Shown here: positions 40,700-54,960 of the stretch, in pieces | Layout: each line of letters opens with the position of its first letter | Numbering within the stretch: position 1 is the stretch's first letter | Assembly: GCA_951406725.2 (NCBI GenBank) | Contig: OX597834.1 | Coordinates: 36,828,001-36,892,000 of the forward strand | Length of the DNA stretch: 64,000 bases | Source: Octopus vulgaris | Taxonomy: Eukaryota | Direction of reading: 5' to 3' | Notes under the pieces: generated by a model | Databases searched by the model: none | The model's input: only the letters and a program-made list of their open reading frames with translations | Told to the model about the DNA's origin: nothing | Translations under genes and position numbers: made by a program

Positions 40700-40742
<43 letters not shown>

Positions 40743-40855
40743 CGCTTGCTCTTCTACCTCAATCTTCATTTGAAACAGCAGCAGTGTTCGCCATCTTTTA
40801 CTGTCCGCCTTTTAATACCAGAGTGATAACCACCCGCTACCACCAAAATGTAAGA

Positions 40856-40914
<59 letters not shown>

Positions 40915-41084
40915 CGTCATCATCATATTAATAACATCATCATCAGCAACAACAACCCTAATAATGGTATTAGTAACAATAATGTTGCTGCTGTTGTTAT
41001 TGAAAATGATGATGATGATGATGAAGTTGATGATATTTGCAATAACAATCACAACAGCAGCAACAATAATAACTACGACTATGC

Positions 41085-41117
<33 letters not shown>

Positions 41118-41552
41118 CGTTGTCAATGGTGATGACAATATTAAAAAAGAAAAAATGAAGAGCTTAAGTTAATCACACAGACACCCTGCTGTGGACAGAA
41201 ATATTACAGGAAAAAAGAAGAAGAAAGAAGAAAGAAATATCATGAAAAACAAATAAGAATCTAAAAAACAACAATAACACCACCACCACCAACAACAACA
41301 ACAACACCACCACCACCAACACCAGCAACAACAACAACGAAAACGACGACGCGAAGAAAAAAATAAAAAATTAATAAAAAACACTAAGGCAAAACTGTGT
41401 GTAAAATCTGTTGTGAAGAATTTCATTTGGTATTTCTCTCTGGTATATTGTATATTTGTTGAACATCAAAGAGGAAGAAAAGAAGTTTTTCATTCGCTGA
41501 AGTAGACATAAAATGTCTTTGATTGAGGCGACCTAATCAGGAGGACACTGGC

Positions 41553-41587
<35 letters not shown>

Positions 41588-41588
41588 A

Positions 41589-41632
<44 letters not shown>

Positions 41633-41716
41633 AATAATAATAATAATAATAATAATAATTAATAATAATAATAATGATGATGATGATGATAATATTAATA
41701 ATAATGATGATGATGG

Positions 41717-41750
<34 letters not shown>

Positions 41751-41896
41751 AATAATAATAATAATAATGGTGATAATAATGAGAATAATAATGATGATAA
41801 TGATGATGAGGAGGAGGAGGATCATGAGGATGATGATGATGATAACGGTTTCGAATCTTTTGGCACAAGGTCCGGATGCAAGACAAAATCGACCCC

Positions 41897-42028
<132 letters not shown>

Positions 42029-42063
42029 AAGTAGTAGTCATTATTATTATCATTATTGTCATG

Positions 42064-42190
42064 AAGGCGGCGAGATGGCAGAATCATTACCGCGCCGGGT
42101 GAAACGGTTAGCAGTATTTCGTCTGCCGCTACGTTCTAAGTTCAAATTCCGCCGAGGTCGACTTTGCCTTTCATCCTTTCGGGGTCGAAA
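42064..42190 (+). mobile_element. SINE family B, 5' part
   Basis: Homology. Confidence 0.85.
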
Positions 42191-42229
42191 GGGCATACAC
42201 ACACACATTTATATTTATACACATGTAAC

Positions 42230-43140
42230 AAGTTTCCATACAGTTTTCATCTAACAAATTTATTTACATAGCATTAGTTGGCCTGGGGTGATAGTAAAGG
42301 AAACTTGTCCAATGTGTCACACAATGGGACGGAACCTGAAACCACGTGGTTACTAAGCGAGTTTCTTTAGCTCAATGCTATGCCTGCATCCTTTATATAT
42401 ACTGATAACATGCAAGTCTTACCGACTGAGGTGAATATGTTGCGCTGAGGCGGTTAAATAACACCAAAACATGTCTGTTTCTTTTACAAATTGGTTTTAA
42501 TGATAAGACTCACTCCAGTTTGAACCGGCTCTATTTTCTTATAAAACTGGATTATCTGATATTATTGGGATTCTGTCCTTTGCTTATAATTTCGAAACAC
42601 TCATCTTGAGGGAGTTTTATCTTCTGTTTGTAAAGATAATCGCAGTTAAGAGAAAATTTCCAAATCCCTATATCGTATATGTGTATGTGTGTGTATGATT
42701 ATGTGGGGAAGTGCAGGTTTGTGCTTTTGTGTTTGCGTATCTGTATGTCCCCCTTATACATTATAACCGGTGCTGGCTTCTTTACGTTCCCGTATCTTAG
42801 CCGTTCGGCAAAAAAGTACGAAAGAACAAGTCCTGCACATAAATGGTAAGTACCAGGGTCAATATGTTCGACTAAATTCTTCGTGGTTGTACCCCAGCAT
42901 GGCCACAGTTCAGTGACTGCAACGTAATAAGAGATATGGATGTGAAGATAGTTATCGTAGCATTCGATGAACCACCGTATCGAAGTGAGCAAAAGTGTGG
43001 TAAGTAGCTTGCTTCCCATCCACATGTTTCCGGGTTCAGTCCCACTGCTTGGCACCTTGGGCAAGTGTCTTCTACTATAGCCTCGGGTTGGCCAATGACT
43101 TGTGAATGTATTTCGTTGGTGGAAACTGAAAGAAGCCCCC
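42230..43140. mobile_element. Cluster of diverged SINE A fragments (42230-42390 minus; 42770-42930 plus; 42995-43140 plus)
   Basis: Degenerate homology to head and tail halves. Confidence 0.65.
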
Positions 43141-44800
43141 CCGAACCCCCACCACCACCTCTATCACATTGACCACCACCACCAATATTATTACCACCTC
43201 CAACGTCATCGATACTGCTACAAGTACCGTCACCATCGACATCACCACCACCCTCACCACTTCCACCATCATCACCACCAGCATCTCCACCGCCACCATC
43301 ATCACACCAATAACAAACTAGAACACCAGCGACACCAACACTACCACTATCTTGATAATCATCTCTGCTGTCATTCACCATCGTCCCCACTCTCTCCTTT
43401 TTCCATCCTCTCCTCACTCATCCACACTCTACCACAACCACCTCCTCTACCACCACCACCACCATCACCAGATCAACATCAGCAACACCAACTCCAACAC
43501 CACCACAACCACCACCACCATGACCATCACCACCACCACGACCATTACCACTATCACAATCACCACCACCACAATCACCACTGCTACCACCTCTTCCACC
43601 ACCACCACCATCACCAGATCAACATCAGCAACACCAACTCCAACACCACCACAACCACCACCACCATGACCATCACCACCACCACGACCATTACCACTAT
43701 CACAATCACCACCAACTCCAACTCCAACGCTACCACCGTCACCACCACCACGACCATCACTACCACCACTACTACCACCACCACCACCACCACCACAACC
43801 ACCACTACCACCACCACCACCACCGCCACCATCACAACCACCACCACGACCACCACGACGACGACGACGACGACGACCACCACCACCACGACCACCACCA
43901 CCACACCACCACCACCACCACCACCACACCACCACCACCACCACCACCACCACCACCACCACCACGACCATCACCACCACCACCACCACCGCCACCACCA
44001 CAATCACCACCACCACCACCAAACCACTACCACCACCACCACCATCACCACCACCACCACCACCACCACCACCACCACCACAACCACCACCACCACCACC
44101 ACCACCACCACCACCACCACCACCACCACCACCACCACCACCACCACCACCACCACCACCACCACCACCACCACCACCACCACCACCACCATTACCATAA
44201 CCATTCCAGCTCTAACAACAGCAATAAGGAAAAGAAAATAGATATTTCCGCTTGGCGGATCTGTTCCAAGTGTGTATGTATAGTTTCGAGAAGTGGAACT
44301 GACATTCCGTGGCCCCCACACCGACCTTAAAGTGATCTGATACCAAAGACCAAATACAAATTGTGTTTGTTTTCGCCATCTTTATAATTAGTCTCTGTTG
44401 TATTTCACTTGAGTGTTGTTACTTTACCTCCCACCGCTACCATCATGACCGCCACCTTCATTGGTATCACCGCCGCCACCACAACTATCATCATCCCCAG
44501 CGTCACCATCATAATCACCACCATCCCCACGCCCACTAACATCGTCACCACCACCACGACCATTACCATCACCACTATCACCATCACCACTACCAACACT
44601 ACCACCACTACCACCACCACTACCACCACTACCACCACCACCACTACCACCACCACCACTACCACCACCACCACCACCACCACCACCACTACCACCACTA
44701 CCACAACCACTACCACCACCACCACTACCACCACCACTAAAACCACTACCACCACCACCACCACACCACCAACACCACAACCCTCATCAGCACCCTAACC
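43140..44800 (+). repeat. (CAC)n-rich low-complexity arrays (43140-44200 and 44430-44800)
   Basis: Direct reading; ~146-bp internal duplication at 43463 and 43609. Confidence 0.9.
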
Positions 44801-45299
44801 CTACATCAGGTACCTGGAGGTTGTAGTGCTGCCCTGGGTCAAGAGGAAGGCTGCTGGAAGATCCTATGTCTGGCAACAGGACCCTGTACCATACCACACG
44901 AGCAGAAGAACCCAGTCATGGCTGTCAGACAATTTCTGCGACTACACCACCCCTAACATATGGCCACCTAATTCCTCAGACTGCAGCCCCACTGATTACT
45001 ATTTGTGGGGCGCAGTTGAGCGAGTGACCAACAAAACTCCCTGTAACACCAAAGATGAACTGAAGGCAAGGATTGTGGCAGCATTCACCACCCTAAACAA
45101 GGAGACCGCACAGAAGAGTTTCAGGAGATCCCGAAGTCGTTTAGAGGCCGTGGTTGAAGCCAATGGCGATTTTATTGAATAAATTTACTCTTTAGTATTT
45201 CAAGATATTTTTATGTAATGTTGGTGAATATATAAATGAGATGTCGATGTCATTTTCGTTTTTGCTTAATTTAGACGACAATTCATTCACCGCACCCTG
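44801..45299 (+). mobile_element. Tc1/mariner DD37D (maT-type) transposon 3' fragment with right TIR
   Basis: YVWQQD-x37-D (WPPNSSDCSPTDYYLWG), C-terminus RLEAVVEANGDFIE*; ends ...CACCGCACCCTG. Confidence 0.85.
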
Positions 45300-45337
45300 T
45301 TTATTCCTTTATTCTATTATCACTTTATTCTAGTATT

Positions 45338-45699
45338 CTTTTATTCTTCTACTTGTTTCAATCATTTAACTGCGGTCATACTGGAGCACCGCCATATAGG
45401 GTTTTAGTTGAAGAAATCGACCCTCAGGGCTTATTCTTTGTAAGCCTAGTATTCTCAGGTCTCTTTTGCCGAACCGTTAAGATACGGGGACATAAATACA
45501 CCAGCATCAGCTGACAAGCCATGGTAGGGAGACAAACACAGATGCAGACACATAAACACAGACACACAAACACGCATATGTGTATGTACGTATACGGCTA
45601 GAAGCTATAGTAGAAGACACTTGCCCAAGGTGCCCTGCAGTGGGATTGAACCCGGACCATGTGTTGAGAAAGCAAGCTTCTTATCACACAGCCACACCT
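45338..45699 (-). mobile_element. SINE family A with internal deletion
   Basis: Homology to head and tail. Confidence 0.8.
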
Positions 45700-45700
45700 A

Positions 45701-45756
<56 letters not shown>

Positions 45757-45851
45757 AAATTAAACTTAAATGTTGAAGTGAATCGACCGGCTTTTGTGTG
45801 TTTTCCTTAAATGGCTTACAAAAAACTTCCACGCTGCAATTATATATATAC

Positions 45852-45941
<90 letters not shown>

Positions 45942-45950
45942 ATAAACATT

Positions 45951-45991
<41 letters not shown>

Positions 45992-46453
45992 TATAAAGAA
46001 AGTTCTTCCCAAAAAAATGTTAGTGACGTTCTGATAAAGAATTTACAACTTTCATTTTAAAAGTAATTAAAAAGGCTTTTTTTTTTGTACTTAGTAAAAC
46101 TGTATCAAATAATTTTCACAAAGAATTTTAAATTTGGGCAGTAAAAGATAGTAACAAGATATTTTCGATTGCTTGGAGAATAATTAATAAGGCAATATCT
46201 TATAGAATAAGGCGATAATAGATGTGACTTTTGTGTGAAAGAAATGCACCAAGTTTTCACTTCTAAATTTACCCTTCTAAAGACTAGACAGGAGCAGACA
46301 AAGAGTTATATGTCCACACTGGACAAAATATACGTTTAAATGATTTAAATAAACCTAACTTATTATCTATAGTGATTATACAAGTTGAAATAATGCTTGT
46401 GATAATGAATGATGTTCATGCAAATAATATTAATAAATATAATAATAATAATA

Positions 46454-46798
46454 ATGTGGCATCTCAAGGCGGTTACAATACCAGTGGTCATAGGAGCACT
46501 AGGAATGATCGTAGGAGCACTAGAAACTGGAAATTATATGAGAATGATCCCTGGCTTACCATCCCTGCAAGAAGTGCAAAAGATTGTCTTAACTGGTACA
46601 TCACACGTATTGAGAAGAGCATTGTCGATGTGAGAACTATTACTACCCATGTATTTTAATTTAACTTTATTTCTATCAAAAAAAAAAAAAAAATGAACGA
46701 ACTAGTGAGTTTAGTTTAATGGCCTACCAATGTATACAATGAGTTTCTTTCGGCAAGAAATGGAAGCAAATTTGAAAGAAGATGAAAAACCCATAAAC

Positions 46799-46830
<32 letters not shown>
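46454..46830 (+). mobile_element. R4/Dong-like LINE 3' end with UTR, inside (TAA)n
   Basis: MWHLKAVTIPVVIGALGM...MIPGLPSLQEVQKIVLTGTSHVLRRALSM*; (TAA)n on both sides. Confidence 0.8.
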
Positions 46831-47050
46831 CAAGGGCACTTAGAGAGCGCAAACCTCCGCCAAAGCAACACCAATGTCCTCTCAACGATTAGCCAGAGAT
46901 GATTTTAAAATGAGAAATAAATTGACTGCTCTCACAAGCGAAAATAGTAAAAATGAACCCTACCGCTCTCAAAAATTAAGTAAAAAAAAAAAAAGAAAGA
47001 CCAGGAAAACTAATCCAGAATTCTAGTCTGGTACCGGATCAATCCCGAAT
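46828..47050. mobile_element. Helentron/HINE-like terminal fragment
   Basis: AACAAGGGCACTTAGAGAGCGCAAACCTCCGCCAA: terminal hairpin plus subterminal motif typical of HINE-like elements. Confidence 0.5.
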
Positions 47051-47880
47051 CCTTGTATGTATTTATGTATTTATGTATATGTGTATATATTGGCCACTGT
47101 AGTGGGTAATATCTAAACTGTAACAGCTCGATGTAAAGTAAACATTTGTGCAAGTGTGTCCTTCAAACCTTTCCCTGCTAAACAGGAATTTATATCTCGA
47201 ATTTCAAATTAAGTAAAATTCCTGAAAAGAGGGAAAGAAAATTGACGAATAAAATAGGCAGAAATAAAGAACTACAGAAGCAAAATAGACTTCGAATGGA
47301 GTGAGAAAGGCTGAGAGAGAAAGGTAGCTACCGGTCACTTAAGTCCCCTACTCCCTCCAACACGTTAAGGCTTAAGTGGACCCTATAAAACTGCCGCAAA
47401 CTTTCAACACTTTATGAAACGTGTTTATTTTACTTTACCCCAAGGAAAATATTTGTTTTAATATTTTTTATATTTTTTCTTCTTTTTTTTTTTATCTTTT
47501 AAAACTGTTTTACTGGCAATTAGATTGGCGTGACATCCGGTAGTGAGAAACCACTGCTTCCGGTCAGTAAAGCTTGTAACAAGGATCAGGTTTCGAATCT
47601 TGGAAACGCAGCATTAAATCTCATTCCACTTACTTCGATGATTCCATTTAAAAATGCATGAACGCCACAAAATCCTCTTTCAGTTTCGCTCGTCCCTTAG
47701 TATATCACCTGCCCCTTCATTCACTTATCGTATGGTCGGTTTATCATAAGACAAATGTATAAATCGCTTTTAACGGTTGAACTCGAAGTAAATAAAGCTA
47801 TAAAATAATAGTGCGAAAAATATTAAGTTAAAGGTCCCATTGGATAGATAAAAGATTTTCAATCCAATATTTACACAATA

Positions 47881-48044
47881 GGCGCAGGAGTGGTTGTGTG
47901 GTAAGAAGCTTGCTTCCCAACTACATGGCTCCGAGTTCAGTCCCACTGCGTGGCACCTTGGGCAAGCGTCTTCTACTATACCCTCGCGCCGACTAAAGTC
48001 TTGTGACTGGATTTGGTAGACGAAAACTGAAAGGAGCTCATCGC

Positions 48045-48112
<68 letters not shown>

Positions 48113-48347
48113 ATGTATGTATGTATTTGTGCGTCTGTGTCCCCCTACCGTCGCTTGACAACCGATGTTGGTGTGTTTATGTCTCCGTAACTTAGTGGGT
48201 CGGCAACAGAGATCGATAGAATAAGTACCAGGTTTAGGCTTACAAAGAGTAAGTCCTGTGGTCGATTTGTTCGACTAAAGGCAGGGCTCCAGCATGGCTG
48301 CAGTCAAAATGTCAGAAACAAGTGGAAGAGAAGAAGAGTAGAAGAGT
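47881..48347 (+). mobile_element. SINE family A, full-length
   Basis: Homology; expanded internal (TG)/(TATG). Confidence 0.9.
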
Positions 48348-48371
48348 AATATTAACTATAGCTGTATGCTA

Positions 48372-49061
48372 AGGTGCATGGCTCAGTGGTTAGAGCGTCG
48401 GGTTCACAACAATAGGGTAGTGAGTTCGATTTCCAGACCAGGCTATGTGCTGTGATGTGTTCTTGAGCAAGACACTTTACTTCACGTTGCTCCAGTTCAC
48501 TCAGCTGTAGAAATGAGTTGCGACGTCACTGGTGCCATGTTGTATCGGTCCCTTTGCTTTTCCTTTGGGTAGCATCGGTGGCACGGAGAGGGGAGATTGG
48601 TAAGCATGGGCAACTGCAGGTCTTCCATAAAAAAACAACCTTGCTCGGACTTTTGCCTCGGAGGGTACCTTTGTAGGTGCAATCCCATGGTTATTCATGG
48701 CCGGAAGGGGTCTTCACCTTTTTTTTTATATGTAATAAAGGTGCTTGGCTCACTGGTTAGAGCATCGGGCTTACAATCATGAAATAGTAAGTCTGATTCC
48801 CGGACTGGGCTGTGTGTTGTGTTCTTGAGCAAGACACTTTATTTCCCTCAGCTATAGAGATGAGTCGTGACATCACTGGGGCCAAGCTGTATCAGGCTTT
48901 GCTTTTCCCTTGGATAACATCAGTGGCGTGGGGAGGAGAGACTGGTTTGCATGGGCGACTGCTGGGCTCCCATAAACAACCTTGCCCGAACATGTGCCTC
49001 GGAGGGGAACTTTCTAGGTGTAACCCCTTGGTCATTTATGAGTGAAGGGGGTCTTTACCTT
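48372..49061 (+). mobile_element. Two tandem SINEs with family-D-like head and core and a different 3' part (48372-48718; 48739-49061)
   Basis: GGTGC.TGGCTCA.TGGTTAGAGC.TCGGG heads; TTCTTGAGCAAGACACTTTA; mutually homologous tails. Confidence 0.8.
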
Positions 49062-49574
49062 CTTACCTATTTATAGCTGTATCTACTTCGAGTTTTATTT
49101 CACACCTCTCAAAGTTTTTCAGTTCTTATACCACAAATATATAAATATTTGGACAACAACTATATGCTTCGACAGATATCGAAGAAGGGTTCATCTGTTG
49201 TTGCGTACCTAAGCCCGTAGGTTCAGTTTCAATTCTCACTCACATGTAGGTATGAACACCACACAGATGGATGATAAACGTATTTCAGTAGCCAATGATT
49301 TTATCGAGAGTCAGTGCGATTTCGTCCCTCGGAAAAAAGTCGTTAACGCTCATCTGAAAAATGCCAAGATTTAAACAAAGCAAAATGGAGTCAATGATTA
49401 AGACTGCATGCAATAAGTGTACGTCTATACATAAGTAAATTTGTAGGTTTGTGTGCGCCACACCGGTAACAGGCTCTGACTTGGTTCCGAATCTATGGTT
49501 TCGATTTGGCTTCTATTCATTCCAGCGATCTTTAATTTTATGTTGTTGTTACTACCACTATTCTCATTTCATTC

Positions 49575-50170
49575 GACGATCACCTTCATCAAAATCATCA
49601 TCATCACTATCATCATTACCATTATCACCTCTACCATCATCTCCATCACCTGCACGGCCATCATCATCATCAGCACTACTGCTATTACAACTACCATTAC
49701 CACCACCGCCACCACCACCGCCACCACCACCAACACCACCACCACCACCACCACCACCACCATCACCAACACCACCACAACCATCATTACTACCACCGCC
49801 ATCATAATCATCATCATCACAACTATCACCATTATCATCACCATCATCATAATCATCATCATCACTATCGTCATCACCACTGCCACCTCTACCGTCATCA
49901 CCATCACCAGCACGACCATTATCATCACCGCTACTATTATCGCCACCACGACCATTACCACCACCTTCACCACCACCACCACCACCACCACCACCACCAC
50001 TATCACCACCGTCATCATCAGGAGCACCACCACTCCAGACTCTATCACCACCTCCACCCCCAACAACCCCCACCCCACCCCCACCATCATCACCACTATC
50101 ATCACAGCCACCACAGCCACCATCATCACCGCCACCACCATCACCATAACCATCATTACCACCACCGCCC
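49575..50170 (+). repeat. (CAC)/(CAT) low-complexity array
   Basis: Direct reading. Confidence 0.9.
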
Positions 50171-50701
50171 CACGTTTCGCTCCCCAGCCTCGTTATTTTG
50201 TCCCACACCCATCACCTAACTACATTACCCCCTACCGACACACCAAGATCCCATCACACCCTTCTATCACCTGGAACTACTTGGGTGAGAGAAATAAAGG
50301 GGACAACAGCAGGACCCCTATATAGCATCTTCGCTTGCTTCGGTGGCTTAGGTCCCGTATGAATGTGTATGCATATGTGTGTGTGTGTGTGTAAATATGT
50401 ATGCATATGTATGTAGATATGTGTATATGTGTTTATATAGAAATGTCTGCATGTGTATGTAGATATATGTATATGTGTATGTATAAATATGTGCGTATGT
50501 GTATGTATATATATATGTGTGTATGTATATATATGTGTGAATGTGCATGTGTATATAAGTGTGTGTGTGTATAACTATGTGTGAATGTGTTTGTGAGTAT
50601 ATATATATATATGTCTGTGTGTGTGTGTGTATGTATGTGTATGTATAAATATGCACGCATGTATGTGTAAATATGCATGTGTGTGTAAATATATCTATCT
50701 G

Positions 50702-50768
<67 letters not shown>

Positions 50769-51104
50769 GTCTATCTATCTATATATATATATACATATAT
50801 GTGTTTGTGTGTATGTATATAGTTATGTGTGTGTATGTATATATATATGTGTATGTGTGTATATATATTTGTATGTGTATGTATATATATATATATATGT
50901 ATATGTGTATGTGTATATGTATATGTGCATACATATATGTGTATGTATATGTATAAGTATGTCTTGTATATGTATGACTGTTCTTGTATGTATTTATTTA
51001 TAGATGTTTGTGTATATGTATGTGTGTATACGATATCTCTGTTGTTATTGTTGTTGCTGTTGTTGTGTGGAGGCAGAAGAAAGCGAAGAACTCGAATTTG
51101 GCCG

Positions 51105-51320
51105 CAAAATAACTTATGGGCATAAGGGGTCGGTTTATTGATTTTTTAATGGCTTTCTGGGGTGACTGGGAATATGAAAGATCTTCACGACCACCCTCAG
51201 ACAGTTTTGAAAGCCCATAGAAAATGCAAGCCTTTTACGTGAAAAACTGGATTTGTATAAATGACACACAGATACACAGACACACAGATACACAGAGATT
51301 TTGCCGTTTATAGATATAGA
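51105..51320 (-). mobile_element. Helitron-like non-autonomous element 5' part
   Basis: Minus strand begins TCTATATCTATAAACGGCAAAAT followed by CTGTGT microrepeats. Confidence 0.5.
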
Positions 51321-51449
51321 GTTATTTTACATGTGTTCTTCTGCATCTACACATTTTCTAACGACTACTAGTAAATGAAACACGTGTAATGTTGTATGAA
51401 TAATAACAAATCTTTATTTTTTCTGATCACCTGCTTTGATACGTGTTTC

Positions 51450-51920
51450 TTTTTATCTTTTACTTGTTCCAATAATTAGACTGTGGCCACGCTGGAGCAC
51501 CCAGGGGTTTTAGTGGAATGAATCGATCCCGGAGCTTTTTTTTCTTTTTTAAAGCTTGGTAGTATTCCACCGATCTCTTTTGCCGATCCGCTATGTTATG
51601 CAGACGTAAACACACCAACATCGGTTGTCAAGCGATGGTGGAGAGACCAACGCTGACACAAAGACACACACATACGCAATGGTAAACGAAACATGGCGGT
51701 CTCAGTCAGTTCGGATAATTTCTCTATTCACCTTCTAATTTTCAATATATCCGTAATATATTCGTATCTGTTCTATTTATTTGTTTCAGTCACTAGACTG
51801 CGCCCATGCTGGAGTACAGCCTCGAAATGTTCAACCTAACAAGTCGACTCCAGTAATTATTGTTTTGCTAAACCTGGTGCTTCTTCTGTTCTGTCTACGG
51901 TTTTTTCTGAACCGCTACCA
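51450..51920 (-). mobile_element. Two diverged SINE A tail fragments (51450-51670; 51780-51920)
   Basis: TTGTTTCAGTCA..AGACTGCG..CATGCTGGAG motifs. Confidence 0.7.
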
Positions 51921-51938
51921 TGCAGGACACACATACAC

Positions 51939-51995
<57 letters not shown>

Positions 51996-51997
<2 letters not shown>

Positions 51998-52395
51998 CGC
52001 AGAAGTGGCTGTGGGTAAGTAGCTTGCTTACCAACCACATGGTTCCAGGTTCAGTCCCACTGCGTAGAACCTCGGGCGAGTATCTTCTACTATAGTCTCG
52101 GGCCGACTTGGATTTGGTAGAGGAAAACTGAAAGAAGCCTGTCGTATATATCTATGTGTGTGTGTGCGTGTGTGCGTGTGTGTGTGTGTGTCTGAATTTG
52201 TCCCCCCCACCATTGCTTGACAACCGATGGTGGTGTGTTTACGAGCCTGTAACTTAGCGGTTCAGCAAAAGAGACCGTTAGAATAAGTACTAGGCTTCTA
52301 AAGATTAATTCCTGGGGTCGATTTCCTTGACTAAAGGCGGTGTTCCAACATGGCTGCATTCAAATGACTGAAATAAGTAAAAGAGTAAAAAGAAA
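51996..52395 (+). mobile_element. SINE family A, full-length
   Basis: Homology to other A copies. Confidence 0.9.
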
Positions 52396-52469
<74 letters not shown>

Positions 52470-52637
52470 ATATATATGTATATATATGTATATATATATT
52501 CTTTTCATTTGTGTGCATGTGTTTAGCTATTTATGAATCTGAACGTTTGACCAAATACACGCACAAGCACACACCCGTATTTATAATGTGAATATGTGTA
52601 TATTTATGTATATATTTGTATACACACACTCACACAC

Positions 52638-52682
<45 letters not shown>

Positions 52683-52884
52683 TCAATCTACAACATGAGC
52701 AATAACATACGCCCCCAGAAGAGGTTGATGGGTGGAAGACATCACATTTTCCAAGTCGGTTTCAATAAAGATGACGTGTGTTAAGGCTGCCTCTTTTTTT
52801 TTGATGAAAAAGACTAAAAGCCTTGCTAACTCCCGACATTTTGCTAAGTAGCACCAGCCAAAAGAACATGTTGCCTTTTTACCA

Positions 52885-53423
52885 TTATTTATTTATTTAT
52901 TATTATTTTTTATATTTTATCATTATTTATTTATTTACGATAATTTATTTATTATTTATTTATTATTATTTATTTATTGCTATTTTATTATTATTTATTT
53001 ATGTTATTATTATTTATTATTTATTTATTATTTATTTATTTATGTTATTATTATTTATTATTTATTTATTATTTATTTATTTATGTTATTATTATTTATT
53101 ATTTATTTATTATTATTTATTATTTATTTATTATTATTTATTATTTATTTATTATTATTTATTTATTGCTATTTTATTATTATTTATTTATTATTATTTA
53201 TTTATGTTATTATTATTTATTATTTATTTATTTATTATTTATTTATGTTATTATTATTTATTATTTATTTATTATTTATTTATTATTATTTATTATTTAT
53301 TTATTATTATTTATTTATTGCTATTTTATTATTATTTATTTATTATTATTTATTTATTTTTTATTTATTACTTATTTATTATTATTTATTTATTGCCTTT
53401 TTATTATTATTTATTTATTTATT
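52885..53423 (+). repeat. (TTA)/(TTTA) low-complexity array with recurring TTATTGCTATTTTATT units
   Basis: Direct reading; almost G/C-free. Confidence 0.9.
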
Positions 53424-53631
53424 AGCTATTGAGCTATTAGCTTTGCCTTGTTATAGATATTTTTCATGTATATTCTTTATATGATTTCATTTATGCTTCT
53501 TTCTTCGCGGTATTTGAGCAGTTTTCCGATGTGAAAGAAGGAACAAAAATTAATAAGTGAGAGAGAAGGAGAGAGAAGGAGAGAGAAGGAGAAGGAGAAG
53601 GAGGATAGATAAATTTGCACAGCGAAGTTTG

Positions 53632-53879
<248 letters not shown>

Positions 53880-54070
53880 AAGCATTTTGTTTTCCCCCTC
53901 ACATACACACAACACTAAAAGAAAATATGAGTGTGTATTTGTATGTGTGTGTGTGTGTGTATTTATGTGTGCGTGTATTATCTACGTATCACACGCTAAA
54001 TCCATCACTTGATAACTTTTATATTTAGTAAAACCATACACACACACACACACACACTCATACACACACT

Positions 54071-54113
<43 letters not shown>

Positions 54114-54689
54114 GTACGTTCAATCTGACAGGGACGAATCACAAACAAGGACTTGATCTTGGCAAGCTACCGCTGACGAACAAAGGTAAAGTGAAATCAC
54201 GTGAAACGGTAATGTCATCCAACCAGATTTTCGTCAATCTACAATATAATTTCGATGGTTCTTAACATTTGTCCTCAACACGAAGTGATTTTCCTGGACG
54301 CTCACAGCAGTCTAAGGCATTATAAACAGCAAATCAATGTTAAATCGGAAGTACTAATTAACGTTTGTCAAAAGAACTGCTTCTATCGCTAATAGATCAT
54401 TTCTCCAAAGCCCGCCAGCTTTCTGCGACACTACTGGCTGTTTGGCCACTATTATTGTATACAAGTTTCATTGATTTTTCATCTGGCATTCGGTTCGGCT
54501 AGCTGGCGCTAATGATTCGCGATACGGTATAGTGACGGAATTTCGTCAACCGAAAAGTGGATTTTCTTGCTTTTTAGCATTTACTGTCTACAGCAAATGG
54601 TTTGCATAGCGAAGTTTGCAATGCTTGCAATCTTGTATGCTTGTCAAGAACAAGGCTCATTAGCCACCAATATATATATATATATATAT

Positions 54690-54960
54690 TCATGATGGCC
54701 GTCCACTCGTGACCGAGGAAGACCATTGCTGACCTTTAGAGACATTGTGTGCTCTAGGACTAACTTATATTTTGCATTTGCAGTTCTGTTGGTGGCTAAT
54801 GAGCTCTGCTCTTGACAAGCATGCATGACTGCAAACATTGCAAACCAAACTTTCCCCATTCACTACACCAGCAGTGCGCTTTCGAGCAGCACGCTTAAAT
54901 TCTTCACGCAGAATACGTGCTCTTTCAAAGCTGTCGACCTTCTCCTTAACCTGCTTGCTT
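54690..54960 (-). mobile_element. RTE-type LINE 3' terminus (zinc-finger C-terminus plus 3' UTR)
   Basis: Minus-strand translation KQVKEKVDSFERARILREEFKRAARKR...LVCNVCSHACLSRAELISHQ*. Confidence 0.75.

Noticed and set aside
43102-44241. 379-aa His/Thr-rich ORF (also 49495-50325, 41523-42254, 15058-15882)
   Set aside because: Trinucleotide arrays open in several frames and strands; the 43102 ORF starts inside a SINE; no evidence for a mucin or His-rich gene
49192-49270. CATCTGT...ACAGATG hairpin as a pre-miRNA
   Set aside because: Interrupted stem and ~35-nt loop; no support
54170-54600. Short scattered inverted motifs (CGCCAGCT/AGCTGGCG)
   Set aside because: Too short and not colinear enough to call a fold-back element by eye
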